From the NCBI RefSeq assembly GCF_009914755.1, contig NC_060928.1: a stretch of 64,000 nucleotides of DNA; one strand, given 5' to 3'. The translations under genes were made by a program, and so were the position numbers. The stretch is from the human T2T-CHM13v2.0 reference genome, Homo sapiens. The notes under the pieces are model-generated. The model had not been told where the DNA came from, searched no databases, and worked only from the letters and a program-made list of their open reading frames with translations. Below are positions 13,959 through 28,746 of the stretch, one piece after another (position 1 is the stretch's first letter; each line of letters opens with the position of its first letter).

Positions 13959-16900
13959 TCTATATTTTTGATAACACTTTTACCACATGCATCAGCCTTC
14001 AGGAGAGCAAATATAAGTAAAATCCTGAATAAGTGTACCTCTGTAAATTTTATGGTTCCACTAGCTTGAAAATTCCTGGGCAGGTGTGTAGATGAATTTT
14101 GTGGCTAGCATTTTTGTTGCTTTCTTGCTTGGGTAGGTAAAGAATGAAGACCTCTTTTTTACCAATACCTAGTCAGGGTTAAAAATTTGGTAGCCTTCAT
14201 GCCAAAAGTGAGCTTCATGTCACACAGTAAGTGAAGCCATACTAATAATATAAAAGTAGGATTTGGCATGACTAATCCTCAGAAAATATCTATCTGTGGA
14301 TAATTCAGCATTATTGAATAGAAAACTTAGACAAAAAATTATTTATGGTCTCCAGGTTGAAATACCAGTTTCCTACATTAGTAAGGAGCCTGTTTTTTAA
14401 TGAACAAAGTAACGTGCATACTAATGTGGCTCATGGTGTTGCCATAATCAAATGTCCCTTTTTGGTTCAAAAACTATCATTTAATAGAAGTTTGAAGGCA
14501 AGCCAAGTACAATATAAATAGACCAAGTGGGTACAAAAACCTGTTCAGTACTTGGAAAAGGTATGTAACATCTGTTCAAAGTAGAAAGCACTGGTTCACT
14601 GGCTTAATTGGAGGTGTCCTAGAAGCTATTTTTTTTTCTTCTGCTTTAGCTGTTGATCTGGTTTTCCTCTCAGGTTGTTGTAATTAAGGAATGCATACTT
14701 CGTATGAATTTGATGCAGATGAGGCCAAGAACATTTTTGTAAGATATGGATCATTTTCTTTTATGCCAAAAGAGGAAATTCTATAGTGTTTCTAATATAA
14801 TCAGTTAGTCTCTAGAAATTATTCTCAGATACAGTAATAAATTACTTTGTGAAGCATTCATTTGTGCCTGCAAGTTAACAGTACCATTCTTCCCATAAAA
14901 GGGCTATTATAATCTAAACTTGTTGGAAACCAAGACAAATTATGTAAAAATGACACAAGATATTTAAAAACCTATCATGGGATGAACAATGGACATATAT
15001 CATAGCAAGACATATATTTAATTGATTCACTTTTAGAAATAGTTTATATTGATATTCTGTTCTTCACATTTGCACCTCAGAAGAAAACATATTCAAATGA
15101 AGAAGAAAAATATACGTTAAGCCTCTAATTTGCTAACACACTAGGAGAATAATAAAAGCCTCTATGATTACATCATAGAGTAGATATTAGTTCAAGGCTA
15201 ACAGCACATCTTTATGTCCAATCTCTAGCAACACCAAATGAAACCTTCCAGCTGAACCTGCAAGATCACGCTTCACAATACAAGTACCCAAGAAAAATAT
15301 CTTCTGGACTCATGTGCTTAGCTGTGGAGTAAGAAATTCTACTACTTCAGATACTGCTGGGTGGATGAATTCTCCTTCTCTATTATCTGTACTTCAGAGT
15401 CAGACTTGAAAGGGAACTAGGGAAACTTGCCTCAGTTAAAACTTAACTATTTCTGGGGTAAGAATTTGGCTTTAGGGAAAGCAATTCACTGTTTGACATG
15501 AGTGCGATGAAATGACATTGAATTTTTAATAAGAATTACTATTGCTATTTTATTAATATTTGAGAATTACATCTCAGAAATTTTTCTTACTTATTTTTCC
15601 AATTATGTAAGTCTGTATGAAACAGCTGTGTATTCCTTAACAATTCTTAACTCATAGATAAAAAGTTATTCCAAAGGACTATTGACTCCACGAAACAATA
15701 GATTTTTAGAAAAGTATACATCTTTGACTATAAAAGAGCATGTGATTTAAGAAGTTTGTTTTTTGTATGCACATGTGATATACGTACACAGAAATTACTC
15801 TTTTCCCTTATGTTTCTAGGCCTTTATTCTGAAAACTGGAGATTTCTGTGAAATCAAAAATCTTTGTTCTCTTATTCAGTCTCATTCCTTACTTTATTCA
15901 GCTACCACCAAGCAGTTGAAATAGAATTATGGAATCAGCTTCTAGGTGAAACAGTTTCACACCTTCTGATCAAAGAGTCTTCCAGAAAAATTGGTCAAGT
16001 AAAGAATGGTTACATAGGCAAATGAAAAGTAGCGAAGTAAATGGAGTTCTGCTTGTGTCCAATGACTAGCAGGAAGAGCCCCAATTTTAGTGTTTTAATT
16101 ATTTGCTAATGAATAAACATGGAAAAATAGTTAAAATGATTTTTTAATGATAAAAAGGCTCAGTAATTATTAAACAACAATCTGTCCGTGAATCTGTAAA
16201 TTAGATGCATTTTTGTGGCTAATGCTGACAGGTTTTCTTTCAGATACTTGGGTTGTTTCTCGCCGTTCTGCCATGTGTTGTGTGTGTATAAACCTAGTTA
16301 TTTCCATAACAAAGGCCACTTTTTACCTGTAGGCTTCAAAACACACCAAAGATGTTTAGGAACAGTTGGATTTTTTCTTTTTTTTAAGTTTTTGAAACTT
16401 GCACATTTCTTTTCAATAACTTGTAAAGGTTCATGCTGTAGAAATTTAACATTTCCTGGGTCTTTTCCAATGCCTGCTTAGTCATTCCCCAGTCTCCAGC
16501 CCAAGGGAATGTTAAGTGTGAAATATCTCATATTCTGCTCACCTCCTACCCCTGACAACAATTACTGAATACAGAATTTCTATAGCCTCTGCCTCTTGTT
16601 TGAAGTTGTGACTCTTGATTCAACTTTTCTCCCACACTTGAATGCCAACATTATAGACCCTGCCATTTCTTTGTGTAGCATTTCTGTGCAATGCCCCAAC
16701 ACCCATGAAATTATGATATAATATTGTGTGCATGGACATCTAGGAAGCACTAGTCCAGATTTTTACACAGTATGATACTATAAAGATATTGCTTTGGAGT
16801 TTCCAGAAAAAAATCATCTGTGTAAGTGTGAATTAAAAGCAATGTTGAATAAATATAACCTGCACATTCCATTATAACTTAATTTTAAAAGTGAAAACTG

Positions 16901-18289
16901 AATTGTGACTAAAGTGAAGATAAGACACACTCTTTCTCTTAAAACCAATGTTTAGATTCATGGGTTGGGAAATAGAAGTGAAATGAATAGCACAAATATT
17001 ATTAACTCCAATCACCGTGAAAGAAGCATTAGAATTTCCTATTTTGCAAAGCTAGGGCTATCATCCTATCTAATGAAAGTAGAGGAAGAAATAAAAGCTA
17101 AAACACCTTTGAAAATCCATGGCTTATGGGTGTGTAGGCTGCAGAAGTAGCAACTAAAATGTAAATTGATAGCATTTTTTAACCAAGGTTTCACATCTTG
17201 GTTTTCATAAGGTTTACTGGTTTATAAAGATAAATAAATTATTAGCATAGAAAGCTGCTATTTCACAATAGTAGGTGGTGGTTGGGAGGTATCTTAAGTT
17301 GACATTGATCTCAATCTCCTGAACATTTTTTCTTTGCCTTCACCAAAAAAACAGATATTTAAAATGGAAAAAAAAAAACAATTAAATCTAATTCCAATAA
17401 TTTCAGTTGGAAAAAAGAAGTAGTGGGGTAGCTAGTGGATTTGCTTTATTTTATGTTACTCACTCATGATCAAATGTATGTAATAAATGGTAATTTGGTG
17501 TTACATTGGCATTAACTATTGCTTCCTGCACTGATGATTTTGCCAAGTGCTAATCAATATACTGATTTTTTTTGATAAGCCATCAATAGGTTTATTTCTT
17601 GTAATAAAGTATTTCATTAGAAAATTTGATATACTATTCTTGGGTATTAGATAAATACTATACCTACTTTTATTACTCCTTGCTGTATATACTAGCAAAA
17701 TGTGTGAATTCATGAAGATTTTGACTATTTATGTAAATATAATTATATTTATAAAATTGTTAGAGTGCTAGTAAATGCATCCAGTGAAACAGACACAGAA
17801 TGTATTTTCAATCTCATTAATTAATTAGAATACAGAATTTCTCTGTGGAAGTCCCCAAATCATGCAAACTGTGTTTAATTACTTCAGTACTGAAAGATTG
17901 AGATGAAAGATGAAAAGAAATGGACTATAGAACAATACGTTTTACAGATTTAGGGTTATTATCCTTCATTGTCAAAATAGATATCTGCTGAATTAATAAA
18001 AATATAAATATTTAATAGAAAATTTGTTGTTTATCAGGATCAAAGTTAGATTATACAGGATACAGATAAACAATCTTAGATACATGACCTACCCACTAAG
18101 AACCTAAAAATCTAAATGGGATACAAGTTTACATGCCTGAAACAATAAACAGACAAAAGTGATGATATACTCACTAGTAACAAGATGAATATGGAATCAT
18201 ATAATAAAGTCCTAAGTAGACTTCCGATGAGGAAGCTATCAACTTCAGAGTCCCACAATCATATGTATGTGTCTTGGATTTGTTTTTTT

Positions 18290-18460
18290 TAACTCACTGT
18301 ACGGTCTTCGACAAATCACTTTACTTGTATGAATGACTGTTTCTTCCTCTATAAAATAGAGTTGATTTCATCTATCTTGTATGTATGAGAATATTGAAAA
18401 AATGATGGAAAACACACTTCTAGTCATGTGCAGTGTGTTTGATAACATATCTCATTATTA
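18290..18460 (+). mobile_element. MIR fragment
   Basis: ggtcttcgacaaatcactttac...ctgtttcttcctctataaaatagag resembles the MIR core. Confidence 0.55.
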
Positions 18461-18814
18461 ACTGTGAAAAAAACTGGAGAAAACATCATATTGTGTCCTC
18501 AGAAAATACAAAAGAAAAGGAGGGACATTGAAGGTAATTTCTGAAACTATTGATAATCAAAGAGTGGGTGGAAATGGGGAGGGGATGCAAATAAGAATGT
18601 TGTATTCTTATTTGGGGATGCAAATAAGAATGTCTGACTCATCTTTGGAGCTCACATTACCATAATACATATAGTGGTTGTTGAATGAATAATACAATTA
18701 AATGAATCAAGAACATAATGGGGAGTTTGGTTGACTACAAAAGTTTAATCTTTTGTAACCAAACAATATTGCTCTTGCCTTAGAAGATCTGAGCTCTTGA
18801 AAAAAGAGGTGAAG

Positions 18815-19098
18815 GGCCAGGCGCAGTGGCTCATGCCTGTGATTTCAACATTTTGAGAGGCCAAGGCAGGCAGATCACTTGAGGTCAGGAGTTTGAGACC
18901 AGCCTGACCAACATGGTGAAACCACGTCTCTACTAAAAAACTACAAAAATTAGCTGGGCTTTGTGGCATGCATCTATAATCCAAGCTACTTGGGAGGCAG
19001 GAGAATGGTGTAAACCCGGGAGGCGGAGCTTGCAGTGAGCCGGGATTGCGCCACTGCACTCCAGACTGGACGACAGAGCAAGATTCCATCTCAGAAAA

Positions 19099-19141
<43 letters not shown>

Positions 19142-19143
19142 AT
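18815..19143 (+). mobile_element. Alu with AluS-like left part and AluY-like right part; (AAAT)n tail
   Basis: Left: gatcacttgaggtcaggagtttgagaccagcc; right: gaatggtgtaaacccgggaggcggagcttgcag; no TSD found. Confidence 0.93.
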
Positions 19144-20387
19144 ATATAAGTCATGTATGCATTATAAGAAAATGTATAATCACTTTATAAGAATGTTATC
19201 TCATATAATACAATAAGGTTTTAAAATAATGTGAAGAATCGAGAAAATTAGTGATTGATGGGAGTGGAAAATTAAAAATAAAAAAATTTAAAAGTCAGGA
19301 GTCAATACCAGGAGAATTAATAATCTACAGTCACTTCAGGATAAATTAGAATCTATATTTACTTCATTATGTAATATCATTAATAATAGCTACATTTATG
19401 TATAAACCTAGAGAGTCGTATGAATTTGGAAAGAACTGTCATGGATGGTTAAGCAGAGATGGAACCTGTAGCAAGCTCTCTGTATTGTGAGTGAAGCTTG
19501 ACTCATTGTTGACTGTATTCATTGTAGAACTCTCCACCTTACAGGTGTCGCATGCTATTTCTTCACAAGTACCATTTGATCTTCACCCTTTATTTGAAAA
19601 AAAAGAAAAATTAGCCTATGCAATACTAGGAAACCATTAACCTTGCAATATTGCCAGTTCTCCCCAAACATTCTTCTCTTGAAATATGGTGCATTTTCCC
19701 CCTTGATGCCCAGTGAATTTTAATTTTCTATAACATGCAAGATGTATAGGAAGAAAATTCTTCTGTAACATTGACAGTATGGGACACGTTAAAGCCAAGT
19801 GGCCTTTATATTTTCATTTTTGGGTAATGCCAGTTGTGTCATCACCACAGTTAGAATCTTTACGATTACTTTGAGGAAGTTCTTCATTCCACTGCTCCTT
19901 TAGATGGCCAGGGTTCTTCTGCTGTAGCTTGGCAGGTTTTCCTACCTTTGAAAAAGGAACCTGATTCAACAGCCTCTCTACCTACTTTTATGGTTCTTCA
20001 CTCTCTTGAAAGAATCCATTGATATTCTTGCTTCGAACTGGCAGAATTTTTTTCAGTTGGAGACCCTTCTAAGCAAAAATTCACAAAGAGGTATATGGCT
20101 TTATTTGTGAGTTCTTAAGAAAATTATGTGAAAATTCTGTCACTTTAACATAAACAGTATTCAGCAAACATTCAGAAGAAAGAAGTTAAAAATAGAATTA
20201 ATATAGATTTAAACATGCACATTATCCAGCATATAACACCTGTATCGTAACCTTTTGTAGCTATTAATAGTTTTCATGCTCAAAGTTATTCAGGAAATAG
20301 TTGAGCCCTTTAGTGTCATTTTATTTCTTGGTTTATGCTATAGCGATTTTAACACATATAAAACAATATAACAAACATTTAAAAATA

Positions 20388-20546
20388 GGCTGCGTTCGGT
20401 GGCTCACGCCTGGAATCCCAGCACTTTGGGAGGCCATGGTGAGTGGATCACTTGAGGTCAGGAGGTTGAGACCAGCCTGGCCAACATGGTGAAACCCGGT
20501 CTCCAATAAAAAATAAATAGATAAATAAATAAATAAATAAATAAAT
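20388..20546 (+). mobile_element. Alu left monomer with (AAAT)n tail
   Basis: Left arm only, running into an AAAT repeat. Confidence 0.9.
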
Positions 20547-23500
20547 ATAATATACAGAACTGTAAAGACAGAGAAAAATGAGGGGAGGAGGTATGCTACA
20601 TGCATAACAGGAAGGTTGGTATCAGAAATCTCGAATGGCCTACTGCATGCCATGTAGCCATGATGTTTTGTATTTTCTTATTTTGATTTTACTTTCATCT
20701 TAAACAAAAAGCACTTTCCATGATAGGTCTTATTTGAATCACTATTACTCTGCTTAATTCTAATACAATAATACACAAAATATGTAGGCTAGATTTCCTT
20801 GCTTGAGAAAAATGCTGTAGTGAAGGATTTCACTCCTAAGTCTGTTTATGATTCATCTACTGAATGGTTATAAGTTAATAAGTGGAATGAAGGATAGGAT
20901 TGTTTGTTTTCTTTTTCACCTACAGAATATTTTGTTTCAAGAGATGGACAATACAGATTGCACCTAAGAGCCTGTAGGCAAGCCATCTGAGAAAGTTTTC
21001 TGCATGCAGCCATCGTAGGATCTATATTGCAGACAAGATATAGAATTATATGCTCAATTACGAATGGGTCAGCTGTCCCAAGTGTCTGATGTGATGGTTG
21101 TTTGAAAGGGTGCCTTGCACATTTGGCCATGACTTGCATCAGAATTCTTATTAAAAACTAAGTAATACAACTGAGGCTCAATCCATGGCACAGCCCAGCC
21201 CTCAAAACCAATATTCATGAGTAAGTAACTAAATGACTGTGCTCCAAAAGCAGAGCCTTATTTACTGGTATGCCGTCTACACAAAAATATTAGTATTATA
21301 AGTTGTCCATGAGTTCATTTTTTCCATAGTTTCTCTCAAGGGGGTAGGATTGTTGTTTTATCATCAATTTCCACCTTCAGAAACATTCAGGAGTTCCCTC
21401 CCATCAAACAAACAAAAACAATGGCATTAAATTCATTAAACAGTTGTTTAGTTTCTACAATGTCCAAAATATAAGTTCTTATGATAGAAAAAATATTCAC
21501 AAGTACATCAGTAACTCTGGACATGATGCCCCTCGGGCACCAGACCTCATCTGTGAGCAAGGTTTAGTTTCTGAAAGATTCCCCTTCTCTCTCATCGGTA
21601 GCCTTCCAAAGGATTCCTATACCAGAAATAGAAGTCAAATTTTCATGCATTTATTGACTTTTAGGATTTCCAAGTTAGAGATGGAATTTTACTTCTTGAT
21701 TGCTGAAATTCTTCTACAATCTTAATACAGCAAAATTTAGAAATATTACATATTAAATGTTTCACTACATTCAACACTCTCTGATAAGTAGCCACCTATA
21801 TTTGTCTCTCTTACTTAAAGTGTGTGATCTACTAGTAGACATGCTAGACCAACTAACTCTCAACTTACTTTTCTCAAGGCAATGTTATTGTAAAAGATCT
21901 TTAAAAAAATCTGTATTTGCTTGCTACTTGATTTCATCTGAATCCCCTGGTCTTCTTGCTCTCAACCATTTATGTTCTTAACGCTTTCTCAGAAGAAAGA
22001 ATTCAAATGCAAAGAGAAACAGAAGATAATCACTTCTGAGTTAATGTTTTCCTTGAAGTTCAAATCCATGGATATAATTTTATTGCTCCCTTAGGATTTC
22101 TATAGATTTTCTTCCTACGGGTAGGCTTTTTTTAAGGTAAGCTATTTTTGACAATGCTATAGTTAAGAGACTAGAATGCAAAGGTGGTATAATTTTCTTA
22201 AGTTAAGTGAATTAGCTTTCTTCTTTAACTCCATATTTGAACCTAAGCCTTCTAGAAATTATAGAAGAACATATTATATCCTAAACTAAATTGTAATAAG
22301 ACTTGCCTTAGTAAAATGAAAATACTTTCTGGAGTCTGTGTGTAATTTACATACAATGATATCAGCAATCAAATGATAAGAAAAAAATAAGTATATCTTT
22401 TCATTATAAAAAAAAGCATCCAAACACTTTAATAAAGTATTTCTTAAAAGATAGATAATTTTGATTTATAGGAAGATCCACCCCCAGATGTCCATGACTT
22501 GTAATTTTAATACCTTATTAATTGTAGCTTTCTATATTTTAGGGAAAACATTCAGATGCAACATTGTGTTGGAATAGAAGAAGTTTATTCCATAAAAATA
22601 TTAAGTGTCTACTTTCCTTAGGATATTGCTAAACAGTATGAAGACTAAGTGATCTACGCCACAGCTTCAAAATTAAAAAGACTTGAATGAGATTAATATC
22701 AGGTTTACTTAGTTGACACCCATCTAAACATTTAGTATGAGTCTCTGTAACCTTAACAATAAAATTAGGGTTTTGGATACAGTGATTTCTACTGGTGTTT
22801 TCAAAGAAAAAGTCCTATTATTCTATAATCTTATGATTTGGTCAAAAGCTTGTGACCTTGAGATGCTTTTAAATATATTTATTGATTTAGTATAAATCAG
22901 AAAATACATTCATTTCTAATCCATCTTAGACAGGTAGGAGAGTTATATTTAAGTTTCCTCTGGGTGTGAGAAGGAAAATGAGTCATCATATAGGTTTCTA
23001 ACTATCCTGTATGCATTTCTTCACTAATATGTAAGTTATAACCAGTTTTAACACTCAAAAGAAATTTATTGTTGCATTATACAAAGATACTTAAAAAAAA
23101 AATCTCACCTGTACTTAATAATTTGTCTTTTGTTGAAGCTAATTGATAATGATATCAGTTAAGTCCTTAGCTACCTATGCTTTTATAATATTTTATTTAT
23201 TTATTTATTTTACCTAAAGCCTGCTCTAAGTTCTGTTCTTTTTCAATCAGAAGTAAAAGAGTATAGAAAATATTAGTGGCAGGACAATGTTTGCTGAATC
23301 AAAAGTCATACCTAGGTAAATGCCTCTTGAGAAGATGGCGGGAAGGAGCTCTCTTATTCAGACTCTGAAATTTCAATAAGTAGCTGAGTTCCGAAGTGTT
23401 TATTTGAACAGAATGTTTAAAAAACATAAAATTTCCCCTTTACAACCAACTCTCCAGATACCTAGCATGTTGATATTTAGATTCTAAAATTTATATCAAA

Positions 23501-24759
23501 AAACATCATTGAAACAGATGCTGGTAATATCATTGACTGAGAATTTGCATTAAAGATGACTCTTGGGTGTGCACTCAAGCGTTCATATGTCCATTAATAG
23601 CTACTTGTGGGGATATTATGACCTGTTTAGAATTCTTATTTTTTCTCAAAGTTTTTAAGGCATAAGAGAAGATTAATAGCTGCTAGATGAAACCAAAAGG
23701 ATAAGCAGCAATGCAGTGAAGAGTGTTGTGAAATACACACATTTGTCATGACTCCCAAGTGGCAAATAAAATCAAAGTTGAAAATCAATGTCTATTGATC
23801 AATCTATTCGTTTTCATGCAAGTTCTATAAACTATGTAGTACTGATGTTAGTATTTTATTGGCATATAGAACAGACATAAACTTTCCTTTTCTCTTGAGT
23901 CTTTCTGCTCATAAAGAATTTAAAATAATAGCATGACATACATAAAGTAAGATTTGTTCTTAGGTTTCGGGGAAGAGCTTATAAAACATGCATACATTAT
24001 GATAAACAAAATGGAAGGTACACTGCAAGCAAAAAATAACCACATTTAATTGTTTTTCAGTCTGGCTTTTGATATCAGGCTCAAAATTTGCTTGCAAATT
24101 TAAAGACATTATTCTGTTTTGGGAGGTATATAGTTATGAAACTTGTTCTTTCAATTATAGTCACAATATAAAATTACTGGATATGAATCTTGAGGCAATC
24201 CCAGGTGACTGGATATTGTGTTGACAATGAAAACATATTAATAAATGTTGACTTACGCTTATAAAGAGCTTACTGAAAAAAATCAAGCAAATTTGTGCAT
24301 GGCTTTTTTGGATTAATGTGATAGTAGAAAGAGGTTATGGTATATACACATAAGCAGCTTAACAGATAGAATTAGCAAGCTGGGTATTGCCAATACAAAA
24401 TTTGTAGTTCAAATAGAATTTCAGAATGTTCCAAAACTGTCCTAATATCTACTATTTCAATGATTAGAAATTAGAATACCTTTCATTCCTGAAAAATACG
24501 TATTTACAAAATCAAAATGTCAGAGTCACAGGAGATATAAGCTATTTCCTTATTAAGAAAAGTTTAAATAATAAAAAGTTAAGTCAGTAGAACAATGACT
24601 AAAATAGGAAAAGTACAAACAAAAATTGTTAGATGCACCTGTGACAATATTGTCTAGTTACTGCTTTTACAGCCTTAGCACATATTTTTTCTTAAGCAAT
24701 TCCTGGGTAGAGTTTTCTACCTCTCCTTAACCAGCCAGTTCACATCAGAAGACATAAAC

Positions 24760-25290
24760 CCCTTGGTGGATGTTATTCATCTCTCTGTCTCTTGCTCTGA
24801 GCTGCGTATTGCACAGTAGGCATTCAGTAAGCCTCATCGAGCTCGTCTTCTCATGGGACATGCAGAAAACTTGTAGACAAATGAGAGGAGAGTAACTTTG
24901 AAGATTGTGATACATGTTATGAAGAGAATAAACTGAGTGAAGAGATAACATACTTTGGATAAGCTAGTCAGAGGCGGCCTCTCCAATGCCATGAGTAGAA
25001 TGGGACACTTGTGAAGAGTCATGAGGGAAACATTTATGGCAGGGGGAGCATCTGGTACAAAGTCCTGGAGGAAAAGGATTTGGCATGTTAGAGGGACAGA
25101 GAGGGGCCAGAAGAGAAGGTCTAGAACAACTCCAGAGTGTAGGGCAGAGACAAGAAGACCCCGGTAAGGACTCCATATGTTTTACTAAGTTCCGGGGGGT
25201 ACAAATAAAAGCTTCTAAACAAGGAAGTGAAAATGTCTTGTTTCTATTTAAAGATTGCCCTGGCTCATCTTTAGAAAATGGATTAGATGT
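24760..25290 (-). mobile_element. L2 fragment(s)
   Basis: Purine-rich tract with gtcagaggcggcctctc, caaagtcctggagg and tttggcatgtt, resembling antisense L2. Confidence 0.55.
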
Positions 25291-27230
25291 CGGGAGATGA
25301 AAAAGTGGGAAAAATGAAGAATAACTGGCTATTACCTCTTTGTTCTTCAAAATTGTTCTCATTTTTGAATACTTTCTTACATATAAGTACAACCTACCCC
25401 CTTTCCTCTTTAAATTCTTATCCATTATCTCTCTTTCCGCATGTATTTAAATTGTGCTCCTTCCTTCATTTTTATGTCATTCACCTCTTTTGCTTTCTCC
25501 CACATTTTATTTTTAACTTGTCGATGTTAATAATCATTTTTAACAAAAATTTCACGTCTACTCCAAATACCACCTACTTGCACCTGGCAGGGTTGAGAAG
25601 CTTACTCTAGAACAGAAAATATGAATTATAGGTTGTAAGGGAAGAAACATCTGCACTGAGCATGGTTAGGGTTAACTTTTGCCTGCCTTACCAGTAGTAA
25701 TATATCTAGGTCAGAGCAGAGGCAACAGAATGCTGCCTTAAGTCAAATAACTCACTTCTTTCTCTTTTAGATACATTGGGTGAAGGACTTGAATGTTTTC
25801 ACCACTTGTATTCACAACAGAGTGCTGACAGGAAACAACACACAAAGAGTGAACTGACTATAGGGAGATGAATGGCTGCTTAACTCACTGCCTAGTCCCT
25901 CAGTCCTGTCTACAAAGGCCTGAAAGCTGGCATGACAAAGACTAATAGTAGATTCAGGATGAATCTCCTCTGGTCCACATGACCCAGGTTCAGTTCAATC
26001 TGGGAAACAGGGGTGGAGGAAAAAATGTATTATTCAATCAACTCACCCTCACCTCCACTAGCAGCCTAATATATACTGGAGTTTGAGTGACGCACCAGAG
26101 CCCTATCAACTGAAAAGCCTGAAACTAGAGGAAGTCTCACAAATGTCAATGGTTATTAATTTCAGTTAACTGATTAATTCTCATTTTATTAGTGATGGAC
26201 TTGGAGGGTTCTAATAACTGACTCTTGAAGAATTTTCATATAAATGTTATTATATATTTTCACATAGCACCTTTTTCTTCCCATTTCTCACTTAGGTACA
26301 AGGTTTCACTATTTCATTTATGTAATAGTGAGATGGGGGGAATACTGTAATATCTTTTATACACCACAGCAACAAAGACATAACATTTTGTTCTGTTTCA
26401 TTTATGAAGGATTTAGAAAGAAAATGATCTTTAAAAGAAAATTCAATTTTTGGAAAAAAAAATGACAGTGAATGGCACAGAGCCTCTTTATTTCCCTTGA
26501 AGCTGTCAGAGTCAGAGAAGAAAACCACTTTGGGGTATGAGTCTGCGGTACTTGTCATAAGACTGAAAGGACTTGATGTTGAGATTTTATTAGCTCTGAC
26601 AATATGGGAAAATTCCATTCTAAACTGTAATAAGTAGTATATAAAGTAATTTAGATATGCCAGTGGCTATGGCCCTGGGTGTAAATGTATATACCATGTG
26701 CGTAAATAAAGCTGGGGTAAATTTGCCACTAATGAAACTTCTGTGTAATTTAGGCTTTTTTGAAATTATATGAAGTTTTGAAATGTGTGTGTGCTTGCAT
26801 GTGTGTGTGTTTTAATATTAACACTCTGCAAATATATTATCTCCCTTTTAATAAATAAAATTTGAAATATATGTGTGTTACTACATGCATATCTATAGAC
26901 TATAAAATAAATGGATACAAAACTTGCCCTTAACAATTTATGCTGTTTAAGCTAATATTATATTAACGCAATAATATTATGATATTTTTCCTCTCTCTTT
27001 GAACATAGCAAACATTTTCTCTTCCATCAATGACTGTTTCCCTTTGGTTGTTTTTGCAATGATGAAATAAAATATCAACACATTTCCTGAAAAATAGGCA
27101 ATATCTCAATAAAATTTACTGTTAGCAAATGATGCCCAGCTTTGTATTTGGCATTTGTCCCATATGAGAAAAAAGTCAATTGCAGAATAATATGGACAGT
27201 CTTTTCAACAGTATGACAGACTCGCAAGCC

Positions 27231-27261
<31 letters not shown>

Positions 27262-27280
27262 GACATACACACACACTCAC
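27231..27280. repeat. (TA)n(CA)n compound microsatellite
   Basis: Seen directly. Confidence 0.9.
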
Positions 27281-28746
27281 TGAGTTGACATGACAATAAA
27301 AAAAGTATTCAGAGTGCGTCCAAAAAGGAATTGAGAACAAGAATCTAGAAAAGTGACCCAAAGAGTCCTGGCAGCCGGTTTCTCTGCTAATCCCACATGA
27401 ACTTGAGTTTTTTATTCTGATGGCCTTGGGGAAAGCAGGAGAGAGTGCACAGAGGCCAGGCTCTGCCCAGCATTGTAGGGGAGCCCACTACCAAAGGACT
27501 GTGTCATCAGTTTACCTTTAAGATACATTAAGAAAACAACAAACCTTACATAGCAATAACAAGCAAATGTATCTTTTTTACCTGGGCTCTTTCTTGAGTG
27601 GTCCCCAAGTACTCACTTTAGAAATTTATATTTGTGTTCTTGGTTTCTAGAATGTCCAGGCTAGGGGAAGAAATAAATACAAATCCTCTCTGAAGCTAAG
27701 CAACAACAATTCAGGCCTCAAAGATTTTCACAGATTAACTTTTTTGATTATGCTTAACAATTTTTTAAAAATCACAAAACCTGAGAGGGGAAAAAAGCGT
27801 AATGTATAAAAGAGGGTGAAGGTGAGGGGCAGAAAGTAGATTGAGGTGGAAAGTATTGCAGATATTGAAATTCTCAGATTCAAATTACAGAATAAGTAGA
27901 TGAATGCACCTACTAGAATAAAAAGTGTCAAAAGCAAGACTAAGTAAAAATATATTATAAAAATGACAGCAGAGAAAAAATATAATAATTAATGAATCAC
28001 ACAATGAATAAGTTAAGTAGTTGATATGAAATTGGTGAAGAAAGACAGTAAATGAAATAGAAATTTTATATAAAATGATTCTGAAAGAAGTGTGGAGGGA
28101 TAAAATGGTAGAATGCGTAAAAGAGAGGCTAAGAGATACATAAGGCAACCTAGTTGTAAAAAGATTTTAAAAAGGAGGTTTGGGCGGGGACAATATTAAA
28201 AGAGATAAGTGATGAAAGATGTAAATTCCACCCATTCAAAATAAATCTCCAGTTGGAAAAATTAAATGCCATCCAGTAGAACCATCAGAGTTGCAAAACA
28301 GAGTACCAAAGATCTGAGAATAGCCCTGGCGAGAAAATAGGTATTCTTTGCAAAGAAACAATAGTTAGACTGAGAGCTGATTCCTCATTACTAAAAATAG
28401 AATCTAGAATTGATTGGAATATTGTCTTTGTCATAACTTAATAACAGTCAACTTAGAATTGTATACTTGTCAAAAATATCATTGAAGCATAAATTCAAGA
28501 TAAAGGCATTTTAATAACAGATCAAAGAAACAAGAGAAATTCACTCAAAAATGATAAGGAATGTACTTAGGGTAATAGGGAAGGGAAGGTCTGAATCATA
28601 ACAAGGAAGAGAGAGCAAAAAATTAGTTAACGTAGGTTAAAAAAGAGAAAACATCAACCTTATAAATCAACAATAGGATGAAGTTTGTGGAGTTAATAAA
28701 GAACTGAAATACTGGACACAGATAGGTGGGTGAGCAAAGTAAAATC

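Noticed and set aside
16215-16340. Acceptor-like ttttctttcag with upstream branch-like motif
   Set aside because: No convincing downstream donor or recognisable peptide.
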